Shown here: positions 59,101-64,000 of the stretch, in pieces
Layout: each line of letters begins with the position of its first letter
Numbering within the stretch: position 1 is the first letter of the stretch
From: Planctomycetota bacterium
GTDB lineage: Bacteria > Planctomycetota > Phycisphaerae > Sedimentisphaerales > CAYZTY01
Length of the DNA: 64,000 bases
Reading direction: 5' to 3'
Assembly: GCA_043816955.1 (NCBI GenBank)
Contig: JBDRHL010000144.1
Span: 3,603 to 67,602 of the forward strand
Translations under genes and position numbers: made by a program
The notes under the pieces: model-generated
The model's input: only the letters and a program-made list of their open reading frames with translations
Database searches by the model: none
Told to the model about the DNA's origin: nothing

Positions 59101-61869
59101 GTCTGTGATATTGCAATCGGTAAATATTGCCGCTGAGCCCCAGGTGCAGGCGAGACTTCCTCCGTGTGCGGTGAAATTATCCGGATGGAGCTGATTCTGG
59201 GGGCTTCCCACATAGCTATCGGTAACTTCAACGAGTCCGCCCACCCCGCCGCGGAAATTCGTGTTGTTTATCCCTGCAACGCCGTTGCCGCCGTCTCCTC
59301 CTCTACCAGCGGTGCAGCGATTATTAATAAAGCTGCAGCTTGTGAAATTTACGCTGGAGAAGAAATCACAGTATACAGCGCCTCCTTCACTGGGGCCCGG
59401 CACGCCGGCATCGCCACCTCTGCCGTCGCCGCCAAATGCAGGATCGGCGCCGGCGCCTCCGTTTGCTCCGTTACCACCATCACCGCTTATCGTATTACAA
59501 TCCCGGAAAACACAATTTATGAATGTCGGGTTTGTCACTATATCGCAGAAGACCGCACCTCCCTGGGCGCTACCCGCTGAGCCGCCATCGCCGCCGCGTC
59601 CGCCTGCTGTGTTGGGATCGTTCGGATCAATGGGGCTGCTTGCGGTGAGGCCAAGTCCGCCATCAGCCGCATCGCCAGAAATGGCATAACAGCCGTCAAA
59701 AACGCAGTTGCGGATGACGGGACTTCCCCAGTTTATATACATGCCTCCTCCGCCGACATTACCGGAATTGCCGCCTTTGCCTCCCGAGGACTTGGAAGGC
59801 ACGTTACACGGATCGGTGCTGAGAGCGCCGGGATTACCTGCGGAAGGAAGGCCTGATTCGACACCACAATTGCGTATTATACAATTTGTAATTAGATGAT
59901 TGCCGTTGACCCCGATGCCCGCACCGAACATCGCGCTGGAATTTAGACCGTCTGAGCCGGGGTTGATAGGCGCCAGACGATTTATCGATCTGCGAAAGGC
60001 GTTGGCAATGGTAAGGTTATTTAATGTTACCTGGCCGGAGCCGCCTGCACCATTCAAAACAAATCCAAACTCCTGCTGCCCGCTGGGATCGATAACCACC
60101 TGGTTCGGATTGCCAACACCGCTGATAGTAATATTCTGATTTACAAAAAATCCTGTGCCGGTGTAATAGCCGGGACTTATAAGAATTGTATCCCCATTGA
60201 CCGCAAGATTCAGAGCGTCCTGAATACTCAGGTAATCATGCTCGCCTGGCACATGATATGTGATGTTGAGGTCAGGCTCAAACAACACTGTAACAATTAC
60301 GTTGGCTGTTACGGTAACTGTGTTGACGTTCATGTTCCAGCCGGGCACATCATCGGTGTTGGTCCATGAAGCCACACGATAGCCCGGAGCAGGATAAGCA
60401 GTTATCGTTACAACCGTGCCGTCAAAAACTGTAATCCTTCGAATACTGACATTTCCGTTTGCGCCGGGTGTAACTGTCAGGGTGTACCTTGGAATCTGTT
60501 CAAACTCAACGGTAACGCTGCGGTTCATGTTCATCATGGCGCGGTATGTATTCGGATCATTCGGATCCAGGTACGGCGCAGCGTTGCTGTCGACCCATTC
60601 TTTTACCCTTATATTCGGATCAGCCGGATAGGCTGTAAGCTCAACCACTCTGTAATGCGGATACGGCTGAGGCGTTGGATGATTGGGATCAATATCACCT
60701 GCTGCGCCAGCAGCTACCACCGCTGTGGTCAGATCGTAATTGGGTACATTAGCATCTATTGCGACCTTATGGTGATAGCCGATATCGACCCGTCCCGCGT
60801 CCGGTGCATAATTCGAATCTGTAACCGCCTTATAATTGGGATCTCCCGTATCCAGAGTGGACAGGGGATCACCGGCGTCGATACAATCACTATAGATAAG
60901 CTGCTGGGAGATATTGCTCAGGAAATAAGGCCCTACCGACAACAACGGATCGATAACAAGATTGGGCTCTGTAAAAATGTTTCCCTGGCCGATATCGCCG
61001 TCCTGAATACACGAATACCTGGCCATACCATCGCAGTTAAAAAGCTCATCACCGTTATTCCAGAGAATTGAATTGACAATCACGGCGGTGCTGTTGTCGT
61101 CGCTTCTGTAAATACCGCCGAAGTTGTTCAGGCCGATATTATCAATTATCGTACAATTTCGAATTTCAGGATTTGCATTGAACAGATAAATCGAACCAAC
61201 ATCGGCGGTTGTGTTTTTGGCGATGGCACAACTTTTCAGAATAGCCGATGAGTCGAAGCAGCATACGGCACCACCGCCTTGAGAGGAAGTATTCTCCGCG
61301 ATTACACTGAAACTAATGGCTGCAGTATCAACTTCGCAATTAACTCCCCCGCCGTAACTGGCAAGATTATGAGTGATGCGACAGTCCGTTACGACAGCCG
61401 ATGAGAAAAACAGATCAATACCGCCGCCGTAGAAGCTTGCCGTATTGCCTGCGCCAGGTAGACCTATGGTACAATTTAAAATGGTCGGTGAAGAATTATC
61501 ACATTCAATACCGCCGCCGAAGTCAGCAAGACCATTGATGATGGTAAAACCGTCAACAACTGAGCTATGTCCTTCACCGCTGTGAAAATAGAATCCCCTT
61601 CCCTGCCCGTTGCAATCGATTATACAATTCTCCGGCCCGTTCTGACTACGAACCACAACAGCTTTACCCTGAAAATCAAGATCAAAGTTACCGGTTCCGC
61701 TGTAATTACCATCCGCAACCAGAACCATATCACCGTTGCCTGCACGGTCAATGCCATCCTGAATTGTCAGGATAGGAGGCACCTCACCAAGGTCCGGCAC
61801 ATGATATGTCAGTCCTGCTGTAAAACCTGTAGACGATAAAAATATCAGAGCGAAAATAATCCGCTTCAT
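50185..61869 (-). CDS. Giant (3,894-aa) secreted modular protein. It has four Pmp-like right-handed beta-helix modules, an embedded I9-propeptide/S8 subtilase, Ig-like spacers, a dockerin-like module and three Fn3-like modules.
   Basis: Uninterrupted ORF. GGAGG lies 6 nt before ATG 61869. Signal peptide MKRIIFALIFLSSTGFTAG. The GG(A/G)(I/V)(Y/F) and FxxC/N rung motifs recur throughout. S8 triad motifs are IAIVDTG, HGTACAG and GTSSACP. Confidence 0.9.
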   Translation of the reverse strand: MKRIIFALIFLSSTGFTAGLTYHVPDLGEVPPILTIQDGIDRAGNGDMVLVADGNYSGTGNFDLDFQGKAVVVRSQNGPENCIIDCNGQGRGFYFHSGEGHSSVVDGFTIINGLADFGGGIECDNSSPTILNCTIGLPGAGNTASFYGGGIDLFFSSAVVTDCRITHNLASYGGGVNCEVDTAAISFSVIAENTSSQGGGAVCCFDSSAILKSCAIAKNTTADVGSIYLFNANPEIRNCTIIDNIGLNNFGGIYRSDDNSTAVIVNSILWNNGDELFNCDGMARYSCIQDGDIGQGNIFTEPNLVIDPLLSVGPYFLSNISQQLIYSDCIDAGDPLSTLDTGDPNYKAVTDSNYAPDAGRVDIGYHHKVAIDANVPNYDLTTAVVAAGAAGDIDPNHPTPQPYPHYRVVELTAYPADPNIRVKEWVDSNAAPYLDPNDPNTYRAMMNMNRSVTVEFEQIPRYTLTVTPGANGNVSIRRITVFDGTVVTITAYPAPGYRVASWTNTDDVPGWNMNVNTVTVTANVIVTVLFEPDLNITYHVPGEHDYLSIQDALNLAVNGDTILISPGYYTGTGFFVNQNITISGVGNPNQVVIDPSGQQEFGFVLNGAGGSGQVTLNNLTIANAFRRSINRLAPINPGSDGLNSSAMFGAGIGVNGNHLITNCIIRNCGVESGLPSAGNPGALSTDPCNVPSKSSGGKGGNSGNVGGGGMYINWGSPVIRNCVFDGCYAISGDAADGGLGLTASSPIDPNDPNTAGGRGGDGGSAGSAQGGAVFCDIVTNPTFINCVFRDCNTISGDGGNGANGGAGADPAFGGDGRGGDAGVPGPSEGGAVYCDFFSSVNFTSCSFINNRCTAGRGGDGGNGVAGINNTNFRGGVGGLVEVTDSYVGSPQNQLHPDNFTAHGGSLACTWGSAAIFTDCNITDSHVQGSISGQGGWPAFGRQAPPRKNYRIPSAGGGIYTGPASTGRFIRCRTMNNQTTHDPNELFTGDEYTGYGGGMCFDGRNLPPATTFVEVNDCNFIGNFAPVGGGVRAISVSDINIVDSNFGENSAFLGGGMYSVRSTIKITGCIFSDNIADSNFNEPNRIYGFGGGLYSASSDAVISDCTVTGNRSIGSGGGIYLSGDALTPLDGAITLKNCLVTKNTAHVDGGGISSNWYAKPNIENCTIADNRVYGLDSYGGGFFAAYGSDNEIINSIIWGNNGIYGSQIALDNGNEYFSIPSKLSITHSDVDMQKGLDFNSLLPGIGSTLPRPTGTAVLIDGDTIYDQFNAGAQWVKVIATLVQPYSSTMVNWASASSVSVMRQDVADLQASVLSTLSPAQFTVRHQLENSAVFSGEVTQAGLASLLANPAVAYVEPVREVHPMLAQAIPLANALIARTTYNGQGLAIAIVDTGVDYTHPRLGGGGFPNNKVIGGYDFGNDDNDPMPGEPYPPYEAHGTACAGIAAGQLYKFQDYIGGVAYNAGIYALRISDVNGDMYTDAGIAAWDWCLKHRNDNAAYPLKVVSNSWGIPYFPFDDPAFADAVFPAAAVTVQKLVDAGIAVLAASGNDGFAGDGISWPAAMSNIISVGAVYDTTDMVTDYSNTADILDILAPADPMYTLDIAGPAGYASGDYWPNFNGTSSACPFAAGAVLDLQSAAYQEMGVYLSPDAARNLLILTGDPVTDTKVDITKPRVNLGAAITLLKTSEPIHVEPNCVINWDPNTGWAPGSHIIDDDPCFVGPYYLSHIDAGQLYDSNCIDMGRDLAVDINLATYTTRTDGQLDVNYVDLGYHHQPLFDLPKYRLTIELHVDANILPNYEPNVIPDIDPFDPNDGLYNIYTMVPISVIPPPPYGFQTRWAGTIRDRLPEPNNVNSTNVALMDMDKTVTIDFVKVSRRLTIEIIGQGTVTTDPPDDHNGVFLQDMVVKLSATAAPGYRLKRWYGTDRQPAWGAVTNEVTMDTDKTVRVEFYVAGPITVGPGQEYETIGEGVNAASFGDTVWIMPGVYTGQDNVDIDLEGKSITITGMNPNEPNIVASTVIDCAGTEIDNHRAFIFQSGEDANTVLLGLTIMNGYVCGEYGGDENIDPNGNIDVNDMNGVEVVGDAYGGGIYITNNSSPSIIKCVIKNCVVTGAQGGHGGGGITWIDASNNGLPGGRGGDGLGDGFGGGIFCDVNCSPVISECTFIENRASGGAGGNGGWGGSPLELGLTGTEGRGGNGGDGLGYGYGGAVYYAPKACPRITNCIFNENKATGGLAGIGGRRGLGPAITPPIFGNYAPNGFSFGSGFGGGIWHSGICTVNITGTTFVGNGAYDQYYGHITPKSFAWGGYPIYPEYYHQGGGIYSDVNSMALTITDCNFVENLGGGVYCAGDTNAVFENCGFIGNSAAYEGGGVYIGPDSNAVLNNCVFTRNSTDLDGGGLDTDSDVELVECAFYGNAAAGYGGAVHADANLTLLELNLDSCAIADNNATRGGAVYFKNVSVGFNDCYVMNNHAELTGALHFIDSTVMFDTGDISGNKSTGDNSHGGAMTCVDTSLTIQHCSINNNEASGLQAVGGAIYLTNCDGAPVIKNCLFTGNYATQNGGAIAAYVASNPKISNCTFSDSSIEQITGTGGAIFTDWTSSAQITDCIFHQSNRIAVYESTPGRITLGHSLFYQNYHGDFYKASLARNFRTYDANNPTSPNLAELAALNAATIGGHKASDPLFASGPLGSYYLSQPPDQINQSEAVDNGSVTAGSVSLQRFTTRTGNWDGLVYGDPGYSTGDIGLVDMGYHYYDTDEVELVSLNAYVIGGHGTITFDPAPVIWPDQYFKGTVVTVRAQPYAGWLVKRWTGTDDDSSTKLTNRLIMHTDRIVTVEYRQPRDIDVPGDYTSIERAIDEAMDGDTIIVAPGEYTSGDLQFEIDGKAITLTSTNPDDPCVVASTILRERIEFTNVGPDTIINGFTLRDFSYFTPDPLDASGCGVDGYNAGSVYGGALQIGSPWGWSWYAGLLASWEWAQPASPTIRNCVIRNTGVNPGNGANGAAGCPGKPGGDGGWPGRAYGGAVYISPNSKPAFINCKIIDCRAEGADGGKGGDAGGGPYGGHGGAWGDPNGSWWDYGPFEEYWKYSGLGGGVYCDRASEPNFIDCTFQGNIAYGGVCGKTGEPMLINWVDNYYRIDRFGGAVFCAAQSSPRFTDCNFIDNTADINGPATHHEGAAVALSDDPYLSYGGAVAFDAGASPRFINCVFSDNQATIGGAIYAEQAELYADDSEFIDNFAYRGGAIYLSEALTRIGMSSFIDNEANGPGEVNGPAYAGSGGALYLFNTDTRVADCEITDNMAFASGGGVCIYDGNDVMLHNCLIANNTAGRDGGGISVNQYSETAISSCTIADNIVTSEGFVNGYGGGLFCSYAAYTSVLDSIIWSNSAGLGAQIAMGTGFGPIHLPSEVSVSYSDVQGGAVAVYGIDPITGCTLIWDEITNLHGTSLWNPRFVSNALGDYFLSDPNTGDPNQTVFSPCIDKGSGDANYLDMYKHTTRTDLRVDKGRLDIGYHYVRRADIVGDFNFDGRVDFLDWVIFNTHWLEQDCATPDWCHGTDMNRDGEVDNIDYAMFAINYGEVESTPPTPDPMMWNVPPRALDDTRIGMLAATAVDNSGYPVQYYFDCFYGNCHDSDWQYRPDYIDTGLTKDLEYGYRVKARDVKTDAYGVIDPARCAETRWSFVGYVIAGDMNAPVPTDNDPPTPDPMTWAIWPGAISHEAITMEATEANDISPVEYLFERCLGDCNVSTWVVDYNWVSSNAAYTDIGLDPCTTYTYRVMARDLSTNRNETAWSPIGAAATWEEPDLIPPTPNPSRLIQLRLVPGSGSFDWSAEMTAEAAVDDRYDVEYRFECNIGGLSSGWQTDNYYIVMIGGPYVDARFRVWVRDTSPNHNITAPSSWYPVQSDVP

Positions 61870-62064
61870 CCTAAGCCTCCAAATGTTATCGAAGTGTCCG
61901 AATTCCGAAGCGTTTCTAATCATAACATATCCTGAAGAAATCATAGCACAAAATCAAAACGTTTATAATGCTATTTCAAAAACTCAAATGCCTTTTGGAT
62001 TATCCGGCGTTTTTTCCCTGAAAACTTTTGATAAATTCACTCCGGATAAGTAAGTCCGCCGGCA

Positions 62065-64000
62065 TTACTGCCTGAGCATCGGGAAAGCCTCGCGCTCTTT
62101 TTCTTCCTTCAATATGATGGTGGGTTTAACCAGAATAAGAAGAATGGCGCTGTCCTTCGACTTGGCTCGGTTCTGGAACAATCTTCCGAACAGCGGCAGC
62201 TTGGAGAAGCCGGGGACACCTTCTTCCGTCTCCGTCTCGCCGGTCAGCTTCTGGCCGCCGATGAGCAGCGTGCCTCCATCCGGAACATTCACGCGCGTGC
62301 TTACATCAGCAGTTTGCATGAGAGGGAGCTGAAGTTTGAACTCCCTCAGGTCTGCTCCGGTGCCGGTTGAGCCTACGTACCGTTCATCGATGCCAAGCAC
62401 GCGGTTAAAAGATGTTGTTATAAGCAGAAGAACATACTTCTTGTCGGCGCTGATGGTGGGGTTGACCGTCAGCACGACCCCGTCGAAAATGGTATCGACC
62501 GTCGGGTCTGCGGTGGTAACAACATTTGCACTTTCGGTACTTATAGTCTGGGTAAGGTCCCAGTCGGAAACATATGCTATCTCATTTTGAATCGTAATCG
62601 TGGCAACTTCGCCGCTGAGGACGGTTACTTTCGGCGCCGTAAGCGTCCTGGCACTGGCATTTGCCTGTGTTGCCTTGACAAGGAAACTGACCTGCAGATC
62701 GTCAAGAATACTGCCATATCCCCCGGTTAGCGTAGCAGCATCAGTGACAAGATCCGACAGACTGCCTGATACACCCGTGTCTGTGGCAGTAGCGAAGGAC
62801 ATGGAATCCTGTTCAACATCAATAATGCCCCACTTGCCGCCCAGGTTACGGAGCCTGAAATCAAGATCGACGCCAATCTGCTCCAGGAAGTTTTCCGTCA
62901 CCGTCAAAAAACGTGCCTCGATGGCAACTTCCTGGCCCACGGATTTGCGCATTTCGTTGAGAAGCTGTCTTATCTGCTCATGTACCTCAGGAGTCTGGGT
63001 GATAATAAGCTGAGTGCCAAAAACCTTGATAGTACCTTCGCCGCCGGTTGAATACCAGGTGTTACGGGCTATTGATTCCTCAATGAGTTCGATGATATCT
63101 GTGGCCCTTTCTTCCACTTGCGCAATGTCAAAAGCTTCAGTAGCACCAGTGCGGCCGCCGGTACGACCAGCACCACCTCCGCGGGTACCGCCTCCTCCTC
63201 TGCCTCCTCCTCCTCCTCCTGTTGTTGCCAAATCTCCGCCTTCGGAGAAGTTCGCAGGTGCGCCAAGAAGCTCGGTTACAGGATAAACGCGCGTAACCAT
63301 ATTGCTCGGAATAGCTTCCCTGGTTGCAATAGTAATGATGCCGTCTTTGACAGTATAACCGATATCAGCAAGGCCGCCCGAGACCGCATCAAGCAGAAGC
63401 TCAAGGCCCTTGCCAAGAGTGACCTGCGCGATACCTTCGAAATTGATCTGTGTGGTTTGCTCGACGTACGCATTTTCGCTGAGGTCTCGCCACCTGACAA
63501 AAATCGTAAGGGGGGGAGAAACAGCATTTCTGATAGTCTCGATTGCCTGAGCGAATTCCGTGTCCAGCCTCAGTGCCGACAGATCAACCACTTCTGCAAG
63601 CTGTTTGTAGATGGCGGCATCACGAGGGTCTGCCCCTGCGAGTTCTTCTGGTGCTCGTTTTTCGACAATCTGGGGCCAATCTCGCGGGAATGTAATCTCG
63701 TTGGCATGAGGTATTGAGGATCGCTGCGCTTCGACCAGAAGGTCAAGCTCCTGTTTTTCCGTGTCTCTGATTACCTCAATCTGGCGCTGGTAGTTAAGCG
63801 TATCTTCAACCATTTGCTTCAGGCTCAATGCATGGCTGTGGTGTTCATCAAGATTCAGAAGCATCTCCAGCGATCCAAGCGCATCCCTGTAACGCCGCTG
63901 CTCCACAAAAGCAAGCGAGCTATTCATGTATTCTTCGATTTGTTTTCTACGATCCTCTTCCTGCTGAGCACGGTGCCTGGTCTGAAGCGCTGCGGCTTCC
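62065..64000 (-). CDS. Secretin (GspD/PilQ superfamily), 5' end beyond the window edge
   Basis: C-terminal secretin signature ...VPGFSKLPLFGRLFQNRAKSKDSAILLILVKPTII. The frame stays open upstream of the track's ATG 63927 to nt 63999. The N-terminal part is helical and TPR-like. Confidence 0.85.
   Translation of the reverse strand, partial: EAAALQTRHRAQQEEDRRKQIEEYMNSSLAFVEQRRYRDALGSLEMLLNLDEHHSHALSLKQMVEDTLNYQRQIEVIRDTEKQELDLLVEAQRSSIPHANEITFPRDWPQIVEKRAPEELAGADPRDAAIYKQLAEVVDLSALRLDTEFAQAIETIRNAVSPPLTIFVRWRDLSENAYVEQTTQINFEGIAQVTLGKGLELLLDAVSGGLADIGYTVKDGIITIATREAIPSNMVTRVYPVTELLGAPANFSEGGDLATTGGGGGGRGGGGTRGGGAGRTGGRTGATEAFDIAQVEERATDIIELIEESIARNTWYSTGGEGTIKVFGTQLIITQTPEVHEQIRQLLNEMRKSVGQEVAIEARFLTVTENFLEQIGVDLDFRLRNLGGKWGIIDVEQDSMSFATATDTGVSGSLSDLVTDAATLTGGYGSILDDLQVSFLVKATQANASARTLTAPKVTVLSGEVATITIQNEIAYVSDWDLTQTISTESANVVTTADPTVDTIFDGVVLTVNPTISADKKYVLLLITTSFNRVLGIDERYVGSTGTGADLREFKLQLPLMQTADVSTRVNVPDGGTLLIGGQKLTGETETEEGVPGFSKLPLFGRLFQNRAKSKDSAILLILVKPTIILKEEKEREAFPMLRQ

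Noticed and set aside
59261-59689. Proline-rich plus-strand ORFs (59261-59689, 55295-55546, 63014-63286) that look like extensin- or collagen-like proteins.
   Set aside because: They are the reverse complement of Gly-rich (GGN) coding stretches in the giant protein and the secretin (GGN codons read as NCC on the opposite strand). They are antisense artefacts.
61870-61944. N-terminal extensions in the ORF track: the giant gene from 61944, fabD from 16227, acpP from 14276, dtd from 8730, the nitroreductase from 28944 and the NfeD gene from 24506.
   Set aside because: Internal starts give normal protein lengths, start at conserved N-terminal motifs or signal peptides, and in several cases have good SD sequences. 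The extensions overlap upstream genes or promoter-like sequence.
1-64000. Scan for CRISPR arrays, tRNA/rRNA genes, IS elements, integrases, phage genes, toxin-antitoxin pairs or recognisable defence systems.
   Set aside because: None was recognised. The only nucleotide-level repeat seen is the SBP tandem duplication, and every gap longer than 150 nt was read without finding tRNA-like or repeat-spacer structure. A covariance-model scan (Infernal/Rfam, tRNAscan-SE) would be needed to exclude small ncRNAs.

Overview
This is a densely coding 64-kb chromosomal window with about 50 genes on both strands. I recognised no rRNA, tRNA, CRISPR array, transposase or integrase. All family names below come from reading motifs in the supplied translations; no database search was possible. 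Several markers suggest a PVC-superphylum organism (Planctomycetota/Phycisphaerae-like): a PEP-CTERM tail, dockerin-like modules on secreted proteins, a 'small basic protein', a Pmp-type giant beta-helix protein and a TPR-headed secretin. That placement is inference.

Housekeeping backbone:
- rpmF-plsX-fabH-fabD-fabG-acpP-fabF (18344 to 12712, minus strand)
- dtd
- a RACo-like 2Fe-2S/ASKHA protein
- a CaCA antiporter
- a class I/II aminotransferase
- two tandem Na/Pi-cotransporter paralogs
- an NfeD(long)-NfeD(short)-FloA operon
- a nitroreductase
- two CNNM/CBS proteins
- PBP4, larC, pyrK-pyrD, DUF167, a MATE pump
- aroA and a divergent aroC

Most unusual content:
1. An 11.7-kb gene (50185-61869, minus) encodes a 3,894-aa secreted protein. 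It has four Pmp-like beta-helix modules, and an I9-propeptide/S8-subtilase cassette is nested inside the cap of module 2. It also has glycine-rich GGxGGD rungs, a dockerin-like module and three Fn3-like C-terminal modules. It lies directly downstream of, and co-oriented with, a secretin gene that runs off the window edge.
2. A visibly A+T-rich island (about 3100-7500) carries a Tsx-like outer-membrane barrel, two tandemly duplicated membrane-anchored PF04392-type binding proteins and the sensor half of an orphan histidine kinase. There is no ABC permease or ATPase.
3. A consensus sigma70 promoter, a 52-codon leader ORF and an intrinsic terminator lie upstream of pyrK-pyrD, laid out like the E. 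coli pyrBI attenuator.
4. An unannotated 25-codon Arg/Lys-rich micro-ORF has a perfect Shine-Dalgarno sequence.
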